NCBI GenBank assembly: GCA_001600695.1
Contig: BCKQ01000009.1
Location: 546,772 to 610,771, forward strand
Length of the DNA stretch: 64,000 nt
Direction of reading: 5' to 3'
Origin: Ascoidea asiatica JCM 7603
Lineage: Eukaryota > Fungi > Ascomycota
A model generated the notes under the pieces. That model was not told where the DNA came from, did no database searches, and worked only from the letters and a program-made list of their open reading frames with translations. Made by a program: the position numbers and the translations under genes. This document shows, in pieces, positions 32,276 through 43,099 of this stretch (within the stretch, counting starts at the first letter, position 1; each line of letters begins with the position of its first letter).

Positions 32276-33769
32276 ATGAGTTATTCACCTGAAAGTTTTT
32301 CAAATTCTTTAAATAATGATTTTGATAATAGATCCTTTAATTCTTCAAATAATCCAATTAATCAATTAAATTCAAAAAGAAAAAAAAATTTAGAAGTTTT
32401 ATTAAATGATGATCTGATTAAAAATGAAATTGATACTGAATTAAAAAAACAACAATTTTTAAATTTAAATAATAATAATTCTTATACTTATATTGAACCA
32501 TTTAATTCAAATAATAACAATAATACAACAATCACAAACAATAATAATATATCAATGTCAAATTCTCCTATAGTTAATACTTTTTTACAAAAAATGGATT
32601 CAACTACAAATTCAATCTCAAATTCAAATTCAATAAATAATAATAGTAGTAACAATAATAATATTAATAATAGTCCAAGTAATATTTATGGAAGTCCATA
32701 TTCTAATAGTAGTAATAATAATAATAATAATTCAGGTAAATTTACTGGTAATTCAAGAGTAAGAGCTTTACAAGAAAAAATAAAAAAAGATTTAGATTTA
32801 AAAGATACTCCTCCTCCAAATAAATTAAATATAGGTAATAGATCTTTTCCAAGATCAAATTCAAATAATTCTCTAAAAACTTTTTATAATACTCGTAATA
32901 ATAGCTCTTCAACAAGTATCAATAATACTATTAATAGTCCAAATTTATCAAATTTGAATAATACTTTTTCTTCATTTTCAAACTCAAATTCAAAATCAAT
33001 TGATGATAATAATGACAATGATTCTATTAATAATAACAGTAATAATGTAATCTCAGATTTAAATTCTATTGATGATATTCCAAAAAGAAATTCTTCAAGA
33101 ATTACAAAAAATCAAATTTCAAATTCAATATTATCAAATTTAGATGATAATAATGGTATACCAAAAAGAAGTTCTTCAAGAAATCAAACAAATAATTCAA
33201 AATTTAATAAACTGCCTTCAATAGAAAATATAAAAGAAAAACCAGAACCAGTTACTCCAACTTCTTTATCTTCTTCAAAATCAAAAAAAAAATTTATTAG
33301 ACCTCTGTTTAAAGTAACTGTTAAAAAACCTTCTTCAGTTATTAAATCTTCAATTACAAAATCTTCAAATTCAAGTCCAAATTCAAATTCAAATTCAAAC
33401 TTTAATAGTCCTTCTATTTCATCTTTAAATCCAAGTTTAATTCCAGTTGATTTAACTCCAACTTCTTCAGATATTGCTGCAAAAGTGTTAAGATCACTTC
33501 AAGCTAAAGATAAAGAAATTAATAATATACTTAAAAAATTTCAATCTGAGATTAAATTCATTGATGATTTATTACCTCCAAGTGCAACTACACAATCAAT
33601 TGAAGATCAAAATAAACTAATAATAGCAAAGGAAAGATTACTTAAAAATTTAGAATATTGGGAAAAAAGAAAATATGAAAATGGTATTTTAATCTCAAGA
33701 CAACAAAGAAAATGTATTTATAGTGGTGGCGATGATGTTACTTCATTTTGGGCTGGACGTAACGATTAA
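32276..33769 (+). CDS. Hypothetical protein, Asn/Ser-rich with a helical C-terminal domain
   Basis: 497-codon ATG-initiated ORF with native codon usage. Ordered C-terminus (LEYWEKRKYENGILISRQQRK...FWAG). Confidence 0.8.
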   Translation: MSYSPESFSNSLNNDFDNRSFNSSNNPINQLNSKRKKNLEVLLNDDLIKNEIDTELKKQQFLNLNNNNSYTYIEPFNSNNNNNTTITNNNNISMSNSPIVNTFLQKMDSTTNSISNSNSINNNSSNNNNINNSPSNIYGSPYSNSSNNNNNNSGKFTGNSRVRALQEKIKKDLDLKDTPPPNKLNIGNRSFPRSNSNNSLKTFYNTRNNSSSTSINNTINSPNLSNLNNTFSSFSNSNSKSIDDNNDNDSINNNSNNVISDLNSIDDIPKRNSSRITKNQISNSILSNLDDNNGIPKRSSSRNQTNNSKFNKLPSIENIKEKPEPVTPTSLSSSKSKKKFIRPLFKVTVKKPSSVIKSSITKSSNSSPNSNSNSNFNSPSISSLNPSLIPVDLTPTSSDIAAKVLRSLQAKDKEINNILKKFQSEIKFIDDLLPPSATTQSIEDQNKLIIAKERLLKNLEYWEKRKYENGILISRQQRKCIYSGGDDVTSFWAGRND

Positions 33770-34614
33770 TAATAAATATTTCATTAGTAATTTTTTTTAA
33801 ATAATATTAATCAATTGACATTACATTCTTTTTTTAAATCCCAGTTATACACTAAATATTTTTGATCTTAATGATTCCAAACCCTCTTTGTGAACTTTAT
33901 CAACTTTTTATTTGACATTTTTTTTTATTTTTTTCCCTTTCATTTTATATCTTTTTAGCCTTAGGGTTTTAATGCTTTCATATTTTTATTATTTTACTTT
34001 TGTTTTAGTTTATGCTTTTTTTCTTTTTATTAGCAATAATAGCTGCTTTTTGAAATATATTGTCATATCTTTATTTAATTTTCATTGTTTAATATCATTT
34101 TTTTTTACTTTTTTTTAGATGTTTTGAAACTTCATTTCAACTTTTCTATAATTTATTTATAATTTTGGTTTAGTTGTTCTGTATTGTTATTAATTTGTCG
34201 TGGCTATTTTCTACTTTAGTATTTTTCGAATCTTTTTTAAAAAATTCAATCCTCGCTTAATATATATATACATACATACATATATACCGAATTAACAAAC
34301 ATTCATAAAATGCAGTATTTCTACGACTTATTTGAAGAAAACAAAAAGTAACTCTCTTTTTTGAAGTCTATATAATGTAAGCCAAATTTAACACAAAGTT
34401 TTTTGAATAAAATAGCCAAAGGTTGAAAGAAATGATATAAAAAAAAAGACAAAAAAATAGCCTAAAATATCACAACACAAATGAAATTAAAAAAAAAGTA
34501 TCAATTTAGGAATGCAACATTTACATGAATAAAAATAAAAAAAATAGAAATGCTAAAAGATAGAAATAACATTATGCTTAACAGTAACTGTTACAAAATT
34601 AAGCCAAAAAGTTA

Positions 34615-37600
34615 TTATGGATTATTTCTTATTGGAATAATTCCACAAGGGCCCACAAAAAAGTAATTATAGCATCTACTATTGCTCTTTTTACGGAATG
34701 ATTTTGAGAGATTAGAAGTACTTTTACCAAAGTATCCACTATTGATAAAACTATTAGTAGGAGCAATTGATTCCTTAATTATTTTGTTATTCAACCAAGA
34801 ATCATCAAACCTCAAAAGTGCCATACTTTTTAGAGCATCCTTAACTACTCTCTTCTTTGAAGGTAAATGATCTGTTGGTGCCCATTTTTGATCGTCAGTG
34901 TTATCATAATGTTCTGCAGAATTAGAAATAAAATCATTAAATTCATCATCATTAGTATCATTGGTATTATTATTATTATCAGTACCAGTACCAATAATAG
35001 AATTTGGAGCCAAGTTTGTACTTATACGATTTGCCTTTACCGTTAAAAACAGTTTATTATCATTTTCAGCAATTTTCGGTATTCTATTATAGTTTGTCAC
35101 TGGATGATTTGAAGGAGCGTGATTAGCTCTCAGTTCTTCTTCATCTTCGTCGTCATCATAATCTTCGTCATCTTCGTCATCATCATCATCATCCTCTTCG
35201 TCCTGACTTGAATGAGAGTATCTACCATTTTCAGCAATAATAGATTCATTGAGACTTGAAGGAGTATGATGAGATGATTTATTTACAGTCTTCTGATTAT
35301 TATGTTCCACTGATTCAAACATTCTTTCGTAAGAGGACTGAGATTGACTTTCAGATACAGTTGATATTATAGATTCTGTAGCAGAAGCAGCGGAAATAGA
35401 TCTAATTCTATTCCCTTTGATGATATTAGGGGATAACTCATTAAATATTTCATTTTTGAGAATTGGAATACTTAAATTTGGAGTTAAAGAATTTGCTCTT
35501 TCTCTTTCTAAAACACCTAAAGATCTCGAACGATCTCTTAAAAATGCAGAACTTAAACCACTAATCTTCTGTAAATTTAATTCATTTATACTTGAAATTC
35601 CATTACTAGAAGAAGATATATTATGTTGAATACTTTCAGAATTTATAGACTGTATATCATCTTTTTGAGCAACATCTTGACAGTTACTCTTCTCTTTTCC
35701 GAAACATTTTTCTTCTGAACTATGTTGAGTAGTTAAAATTAAAGGGAGAGGTGTTTCTTCGGTATCATTTGGTACTTTATTGACTGAAAGTGAAGATTTT
35801 TTTAATCTTAAAGATAAATTTGATTTATTTTCTTTTATTAACAGAACTGAATTGGGAGAATTAAAAAAAGAAGGGCCAAAGGAATTATCTACTTCTAAAT
35901 TTTTTGGTTCTTCTGTGTTTTTGACTGAAATCTTCAACTCATTATTTTTCATTATATCAAGATTGTTATTATTTAATGAAACTGCTGATCCTTTTCTAAA
36001 TTTTAAATTTTTGTTACTATTTTTATGATTTAATTTAAATAAATTTGATATAGAAGAAGCTCTACTTCTATTAGTTGAATTATTTCTAATTTTTTTAGGT
36101 GAACCATTTCCAGTAAATTCAGTTTCAAGAAAACTAAAAATAGGAGTATGACTAAATGTTTCTTGATTAACAGGAGTTGAAGGATTACTTGATAAACTAA
36201 CTCGTGGTTCATCAATACTATTTAAATCTGTGGAAAAACTTGCTAAATTTTGTCTTGAACTTCCAGAATTAGTTGTATGTCTTCTTGATCTAGAATTAAT
36301 TAATTTTTCAGCAACAGCAAATGGATTTGTTCTACGTCTTCTTCTATTACCTCTTCTTCTTCTTCGTCTTCTTGGTACATTATTAAACTTAGGCATTTCT
36401 CTTAAAACTAAATCTAAAGATAAATCTATACCATTAATAATATAAATAAACCAATTTATTAATTCATTTAAATATTTAAAACATATTGTAAATTGAAAAA
36501 CTTCTAAACGAAGTCTAATTATTGTAAAAACACTCATTTCATGTTTTGAAGAAATTGTTAATGGTTTTAATTGACCAAATAATTTTGTAATAAATTCATT
36601 TTCTTTTCTTGAAGTTTTTAAATCATTAACTAAACCTAATTTACCAAATTGTAAAGACATTGATTTAATTAATTTATTATTTGATAAAAAGTAGTTTGGT
36701 TTTGAAATAATTTTTTTTAACATTCTATAAGTATTTAAATTTGTTATTTGATCTAAAAAATTATTTTTTAAATTTGATGAAGATAAATTTGATTTTAAAT
36801 TTGTTGAAGAATTTGAAGAATTAAATAATTTAAATTTTGATTTTAAATTATTTGTTGAAGAATTTAATTTTGAAACTAAATTTGATTTGGAAAAAGAACT
36901 TGATAAATTTAAATTAGAATTATTATTTATAAAAGTTGAATAAGTTGAATTATTACTAATAGAAATATCATTATTATTATTATAATTGTTATGAGAAAGA
37001 TTATCATTATGACTATTATTATTATTATTTAAAGATTTTAAAGATCTTTTACTATTAAAATTATATTGAAAATCAGAAGCATAATGTAAAGGTATAATAC
37101 CTTCTTGATTATTAATTGCATTAAATAAATCAACATTTTTAAAATTTTTACAATTTAAAATTTCATCAGATTTCCAAAATGAAGTATTTAAATTATTATA
37201 ATAATCAAATTTATCATTGATAATTTCATTATTTTTTAAAAAATCATCATATGAATTTAGATCTTTTAATTTAAAATCTTTTAAATCTAATTTATAAAAA
37301 TTTAATTGAGTTGAATTTAATTCCATTAAAGCTAATTGATAATGATTTAAATCATTATTTATATTTAAAATATTATCATCATTTATGAATTGTAATAAAT
37401 TATTTTTTTCAAATTTTAAAATTATTATATTTAATTTATATAAACTTGGATTATAAATTGGAGGATTTAATTCATTTATATAAGATTTCATATTATTATG
37501 TATATCTAAATCATGATTTGATTTAAAAAATAAATTATTTGAAGAAATATTTAAATTAGATTGATTATTATTTAAAATATTTGAATTTTGATAAGGAGGT

Positions 37601-38901
37601 AATGAATTTTCTAAATCAAGTATTTCATTATAAGATGGTAAAGTATTATTTGAATTATTACCTAAATCATTACTTAATTTATTATTTAAGTTATTATTTT
37701 CATTTGTATTTTCAATAATAATTTCATTTGAATTTTCAACTGTATTTTCATTAATATTTTCAATAATATTTTCATTTAAATCATTTAAATGTAAAGAATT
37801 TAAATTTTTTAATGGAAAATTTTCAATTGAAGTTATATTTTCAAAAGAATTTAAAGGAGTGGTAATGGCAGTATTATTACCTTGAAGTCTACTACTTGAA
37901 CTATTTATATCAGTTGAAAGAGAAGGGGATAAAGATAGAGGATTTGAAGAAGATGAAGAAGAATTTGAAATATTTGAAGAATTTAATACCAATGGATTTA
38001 TTGATACATTATTGTTATTATTAATATTATTAATATCTTTATGAGAGATTAAATTATTAATATTATTTAAATTATTTTGTATCATATCAGACAGTTTACT
38101 TTTATTTATTTGTAAAGGAAAAAATTGAGATTTATTATTATTATTATTATTGTTATTGTTACTGTTATTATTGATTATATTAATATTTTTTGAATTTGAA
38201 TTAATCAATAAATTATCAAGAGATTTTACTTTTAAAACATTATAATTTTTTATATTATTTTTATTATTATTATTCTTGTTATTAATATTATTATTGATAA
38301 TATTATTTTTTTTATTTAAGATATTATCAGATGATAAACTATTTGGCAATAATTTTAATGGAATTGGTTTAAAAGATTTTGAATTTATTAAAGAATTTAA
38401 AGTATTATTAGTATTAAAGGTAGTATTAGTAGTTCTAGTAGTATTTAAAGAAATCGGTTGTGTGATATCAATACCGAGAGGTCCGTTATTAAAGTTATAT
38501 TCCCTAATATTACAATTTTTAGTATCAGAGTTAACGTTAACATTAAGATTAAGATTAATATTAATATCATTATTATCATTAATTTGTTTATTATCTTTAA
38601 TATCTTTAATATCCTTATTACTATTATCATTTACATTCAATAAATGATCATGAATTGTATTGAGATTTAAATCATTATTTGAATTTAAAATAAAATCCAG
38701 GTTTAAATTTGTTTTAGTTTTAGATTTAGTTTTGGTTTTAATTTTTTTATTATTGATATTAATATTATTAGTATTGATTTTAGATTGAAATTTTGAATTT
38801 GAATTGGATAAAGTATTGGCGGTTAAATTATTTTTTAAAATATCATTATTTATAGTAATATTTGATATATTATTTATATTTGATGAGTTTAATACAGACA
38901 T
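34615..38901 (-). CDS. Fungal split PH-domain protein (YHR131C/YNL144C-like)
   Basis: LPSY/LPPY motifs, PPIYNPSL, MELNSTQLNFY, SLQFGKLG, RLRLEVFQF, GIDLSLDLVLREMP..VPRRRRRRR, acidic tract, KWAP. Confidence 0.8.
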   Translation of the reverse strand: MSVLNSSNINNISNITINNDILKNNLTANTLSNSNSKFQSKINTNNININNKKIKTKTKSKTKTNLNLDFILNSNNDLNLNTIHDHLLNVNDNSNKDIKDIKDNKQINDNNDININLNLNVNVNSDTKNCNIREYNFNNGPLGIDITQPISLNTTRTTNTTFNTNNTLNSLINSKSFKPIPLKLLPNSLSSDNILNKKNNIINNNINNKNNNNKNNIKNYNVLKVKSLDNLLINSNSKNINIINNNSNNNNNNNNNKSQFFPLQINKSKLSDMIQNNLNNINNLISHKDINNINNNNNVSINPLVLNSSNISNSSSSSSNPLSLSPSLSTDINSSSSRLQGNNTAITTPLNSFENITSIENFPLKNLNSLHLNDLNENIIENINENTVENSNEIIIENTNENNNLNNKLSNDLGNNSNNTLPSYNEILDLENSLPPYQNSNILNNNQSNLNISSNNLFFKSNHDLDIHNNMKSYINELNPPIYNPSLYKLNIIILKFEKNNLLQFINDDNILNINNDLNHYQLALMELNSTQLNFYKLDLKDFKLKDLNSYDDFLKNNEIINDKFDYYNNLNTSFWKSDEILNCKNFKNVDLFNAINNQEGIIPLHYASDFQYNFNSKRSLKSLNNNNNSHNDNLSHNNYNNNNDISISNNSTYSTFINNNSNLNLSSSFSKSNLVSKLNSSTNNLKSKFKLFNSSNSSTNLKSNLSSSNLKNNFLDQITNLNTYRMLKKIISKPNYFLSNNKLIKSMSLQFGKLGLVNDLKTSRKENEFITKLFGQLKPLTISSKHEMSVFTIIRLRLEVFQFTICFKYLNELINWFIYIINGIDLSLDLVLREMPKFNNVPRRRRRRRGNRRRRRTNPFAVAEKLINSRSRRHTTNSGSSRQNLASFSTDLNSIDEPRVSLSSNPSTPVNQETFSHTPIFSFLETEFTGNGSPKKIRNNSTNRSRASSISNLFKLNHKNSNKNLKFRKGSAVSLNNNNLDIMKNNELKISVKNTEEPKNLEVDNSFGPSFFNSPNSVLLIKENKSNLSLRLKKSSLSVNKVPNDTEETPLPLILTTQHSSEEKCFGKEKSNCQDVAQKDDIQSINSESIQHNISSSSNGISSINELNLQKISGLSSAFLRDRSRSLGVLERERANSLTPNLSIPILKNEIFNELSPNIIKGNRIRSISAASATESIISTVSESQSQSSYERMFESVEHNNQKTVNKSSHHTPSSLNESIIAENGRYSHSSQDEEDDDDDDEDDEDYDDDEDEEELRANHAPSNHPVTNYNRIPKIAENDNKLFLTVKANRISTNLAPNSIIGTGTDNNNNTNDTNDDEFNDFISNSAEHYDNTDDQKWAPTDHLPSKKRVVKDALKSMALLRFDDSWLNNKIIKESIAPTNSFINSGYFGKSTSNLSKSFRKKSNSRCYNYFFVGPCGIIPIRNNP

Positions 38902-39589
38902 GATTAAAATTATGATTAATGATTAATGATTATATTTTTGAATAAAAAAGGTTTATAAGAAGATATGAAGATATGAAGATAGAGATGAAGATATGAATAT
39001 ATGATGATATATGATGATTTAAGATCTTTTAAGATATGTTGAGATATGCTAAAATATTCTATAATTTATTTATTGATTTATTTATTTATTGATTTGATTG
39101 AGTTGAAATAATTTAAAGGTGATCAATGTATCATTTCCAATATTATATTTGATATTTATATTCCCTTTTTATTATATTTATATTATATTTATATTATATT
39201 TATATTATATTTATATTATATTATATTATATGAAAGTACTTTATTTTGAAAAGGATGGGCGTTTAATTTTCTTTTAAATTACATTAAATGAAATTAATAT
39301 ATTAAATATACAGTAATTCTTTTCTTTGAGTAGTAAAATTGAATATCATTAATTGAATGGAATTTCTTTATTTTATCTACATATGAATATAAATATTTCA
39401 ATAATGTATGTATTATTATAATGAAATAATAAATAAGAATAATATATTCAATATTCAATATTCAATATTCAATATCAACAGGTGAAGAATAAAAAGAAAT
39501 GAAAAATCAATACGAAACCATAGAAAAGTGGTGAAAGTTGAATAAATGAGATTATTATCGTTTTTTCTTTATTGAAGCACCCAGCACAG

Positions 39590-39825
39590 CTACGCAAAAG
39601 CACCAGCGAGATAAGCACCAGACAAAGCAAAAGCAACGGTCTCGGCCAGTTACCCGGATGCGAGCGTCGCTGAGATGGTGCTCAATTGCCGCAAATGCGC
39701 ATTTACAAGTCACTGCTGAGCCCATGCGATGCGCTGCTGGCGCTTCTGGTGCTGCTGCTTCTTTTTTTTTTTTTTTTCCTATTTCCACAAAACTGGATCT
39801 GTGTTAGCTAATATGTTACGTAATA
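39590..39825. promoter_or_regulatory. GC-rich island upstream of the PH-domain gene with Reb1-like and bZIP-like sites
   Basis: TTACCCGG at 39650-39657, TTACGTAA at 39816-39823, adjacent poly(dT) tract. Confidence 0.5.
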
Positions 39826-39889
39826 TTCATATATTTATATATTTATATATTTATATATTTATATATTTATATATTTATATATTATGTTA

Positions 39890-40861
39890 TTAATTATTTG
39901 AGAGCCAATTGGAAATATCATTGAATACTTTTGATTTAATTTCATCAATTTCAATTAATAAAGAATGATTAGCATTTTCATAAGAAATAATTTGTTTATT
40001 TTTATCATCAATTGGACTTTTTTTAAAAAAATCTTTTGAACCATTTGGATCATTAATTCTATCATTATTACCAATTAAAATTAATAATTTACAATTTTTA
40101 TTAAAATTTTTATTTTTTTCATAAAATTCATTATTTAATAATCTTTCACCTCTTATAAACATATCATTAAATTGTTTTATAGATCCAATAGGTTTTGCAA
40201 TTTCTTCAATTTTTAAATATTCTTGCCATAATTTATTTGAAGTTATAAAATTTATATTTAATTCTGAATTAATTTTTAAATTTGGTAAATAATTTGAAAT
40301 AAATGATAAAATTTTAATTAAAAAATAATTTGGTTTTGTATTTTTATGTAAATAAATTAATGGACCAGTTACAAAAATTCCATTGATTTTTTCTTTATAT
40401 TTTCCAATAAATAAATAATTTAAACAAATTCCACCACCCATTGAATGTCCAAAAAGGTATAATTTTTTTTTTTCTTTAATTTCATTTTTATCTTTATCTT
40501 TATCTTCTTCTTCTTTAATTTTTGGTAATATAATTTTTTCTAAAAAATTTTCAATATCATTAAAAGTTTCAAATTCATTTGTATTACCTTTTTTAGATTT
40601 TATTGAAGTTCTACCTGAACCTCTTTGATCAAAAAAAAAACATTCATAATTTAATTTCATTGATAAAAAATCTAAAAATTCATAATAAAGATTTGAAAAT
40701 TCTGCAAAACCATGAATAAAAAAAATAAATCCATTAATTTTTTGATCTTTTGGTACTTTCCATGTTTCTGTATAAAAATTTAAATCATTTAATTTAATTC
40801 TTTCAATTATTGGTTTATTAATTGGTTTATATGGTTGTTCTCCAACTGTAATCTCCTCCAT
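39890..40861 (-). CDS. YJU3: Monoacylglycerol lipase (alpha/beta hydrolase)
   Basis: FIHGFAE, FDQRGSGRT, nucleophile elbow GHSMGG, GNNDRIND, HSLLIE. Confidence 0.9.
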   Translation of the reverse strand: MEEITVGEQPYKPINKPIIERIKLNDLNFYTETWKVPKDQKINGFIFFIHGFAEFSNLYYEFLDFLSMKLNYECFFFDQRGSGRTSIKSKKGNTNEFETFNDIENFLEKIILPKIKEEEDKDKDKNEIKEKKKLYLFGHSMGGGICLNYLFIGKYKEKINGIFVTGPLIYLHKNTKPNYFLIKILSFISNYLPNLKINSELNINFITSNKLWQEYLKIEEIAKPIGSIKQFNDMFIRGERLLNNEFYEKNKNFNKNCKLLILIGNNDRINDPNGSKDFFKKSPIDDKNKQIISYENANHSLLIEIDEIKSKVFNDISNWLSNN

Positions 40862-41119
40862 TATATCACCTCAATAACCTATCCAATTGCTCACTCAATC
40901 ACTTATTCAATCACTTATTCAATCACTTATTCAATTGTATTCTTATTCGATAATATCTTCATTCAATTATTATTATTTATCTCATTATCTCATTATCTTA
41001 TCACTATCGTTTGTTATCTTAGTATTATTTTACCAAATACTCATTTTCAATATCGATGTCACCTGACTTACATTTTTCAAATCCAGGAGATAAACAACGG
41101 ATTGTTTTTTTCCATGAAG

Positions 41120-41250
41120 TTGCTTGATCCGCGGGTAAATTCCGGATCTACCTCTCTCTCCGGAACGTAGGCCCACCCGAACGGCCGGTGTCTGGGGCTG
41201 AATCCGCAGCGTGCATCCGAGCACTGCCAGTTAACTAATAACTGGCTACA
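41120..41250. promoter_or_regulatory. GC-rich island in the divergent YJU3/small-ORF promoter
   Basis: CGGGTAA (Reb1-like) at 41132-41138 and many CGG/CCG triplets. Confidence 0.5.
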
Positions 41251-41743
41251 ATACTAAAATTTAACCTTATTCTCCCGTTTCTTAAAAATGCTGTAACCGT
41301 TCATTATCCGTAAACCTTTTATACACTAATCAATTATTATATCATTTAATTTAATCAATTATTTTATTAAATATTTATTATTCTTTTTTTCATATCTTTT
41401 TATACCCTTTTTTTTTTTTTTTTATAAATAATATCTTTTATTTTTTGAAATTTTTAATCATTTTATAAATAAATTTAGTTCAATTCTTAAATCTATCATG
41501 TTTTTTAATACAAAAAAAGTTATTAATTTAAATTAAATTCAATCTCATTATCTCATTACTTTTATATTCATATTCATACTCACTTTTATACTTATATTTA
41601 TATATTTCCTATAAAAGAATTCTATTCTATTCATATAATTCATATAATCCATATAATCCATATAATTCATCAATAAATAATTCATAAATCTATTAATCAT
41701 CTTTCAATCAATCAATCAATCAATAAATAAATATAATCTAATA

Positions 41744-41956
41744 ATGTCAATATTTAAAAAAAAATCAGATTCTTATCAATGTTGTAAATGTTATAAAATT
41801 TTAAAAATAAAAGATGATACTTTTAAAAATAATAATACAACTTTAGCTTGTTCAAATTGTAATCATTATTTTTGTGATAGTTGTCAATATATTAGTCAAA
41901 TTGATAATGTAAATAATTCAAATTCTTTTAATAATTCATGTTGTATAATAATTTAA
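41744..41956 (+). CDS. Small Cys-rich putative zinc-binding protein with C-terminal CaaX (CCIII), 70 aa
   Basis: CCKC...CSNCNHYFCDSC...SCCIII*. ATG in A-rich context; TATAAAAG at 41610-41617. Nine Cys codons in otherwise AT-rich DNA are unlikely by chance. Confidence 0.72.
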   Translation: MSIFKKKSDSYQCCKCYKILKIKDDTFKNNNTTLACSNCNHYFCDSCQYISQIDNVNNSNSFNNSCCIII

Positions 41957-42634
41957 TTCATCATCATAATCTCCTTCTTACTTATTTCTCTCTCTCTCTC
42001 TTTTATTATTTTTTGCATAATTCTATTTATTTTCATAATTCAAATTTAATCTTAATCTCTAATTTCTAATTTCTAATTTACTTTTTAATCTAATTTTTAA
42101 TAAATATCTTTATTAATTATATAATATATCATAAAATACAAAAAAATTCATTAAAATGTAAAATTTAATAAACAAAAAACTTCAATCTAATGAAATTTAT
42201 ATATAATAATATATATATAGTATATTATATATGATAATATATAAAATAATGCAAATAAAAGTAAACAATGTAAAGTAAACAAAGTAAAATAAATAAAAAA
42301 TAAAAAGTAAAATAATAGAATAATAGAATAAATGAATAAATTTGGTTAATAATTATCATTTTAATGATTCATAAAGTTGGTTAATGTAATTGATAAAAAA
42401 ATTATTTGAAAATTATTTGATGGAATGAGAAATAAAATCATAAATTTGAAAATTATTAAAAAAGATAAAAAAGATAATAAAAAAAAATAAAAAATTATAC
42501 CCAAAATTATTCTTTATAAATGTTTTCATATCATATTATACATCAAATGATATATTCAATAGAAAACCAAATAGGAAAAAAAAAAAAAAAAAAAAAAAAA
42601 CATAATAATAATAATAAATAATCAAAATTTCAAT

Positions 42635-43099
42635 CTAATATGAAGTAAGTTCTTTTAAATTTGTAATACTTCTATAATTATAAAGAGTACCTGAATTTGG
42701 TCCACCTAACATTGGAACTGACATTTTTTTTCTTAACAATGTTAATCCTTCAATATGAGCATCTTTAACTTCATTTTTTTTATAAAATTTTGGACTTTCT
42801 GGACCTTTTAAAACAACTAATGAACTATTAAATGTTTCTTTTGAAAAATCTTTTATTAATTTTAATGAATCTTCTTGACCTGGTGCACATAAACAAACTT
42901 TTTTAATTTCTTTTACTTTATTTTCTTTTTGATTATCATTTTCATTTTCATTATCTGAATCACTATATTCATCAAAACTTTGAGATTCATTAGTTTCTGT
43001 AATTGTATTTGAACAATCAACTAATGATGGAGTTAATGGAACAAACATTTGAAATAACATTTGAAAAATCATTTGAAAAAGTATTTGAAAACTTTGCAT
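42635..43099 (-). CDS. Hypothetical protein, 154 aa
   Basis: AAAATG start, native high-expression-like codons (GGT, CCA, TTA, GAA), GC raised over flanks; no recognised domain. Confidence 0.65.
   Translation of the reverse strand: MQSFQILFQMIFQMLFQMFVPLTPSLVDCSNTITETNESQSFDEYSDSDNENENDNQKENKVKEIKKVCLCAPGQEDSLKLIKDFSKETFNSSLVVLKGPESPKFYKKNEVKDAHIEGLTLLRKKMSVPMLGGPNSGTLYNYRSITNLKELTSY

Noticed and set aside
34682-38647. Multiple Leu/Ile/Phe-rich ORFs within long genes (also inside MNL1, MED17, IES1 and CLPP)
   Set aside because: Antisense or off-frame shadows of Asn/Lys/Glu-rich coding sequence.
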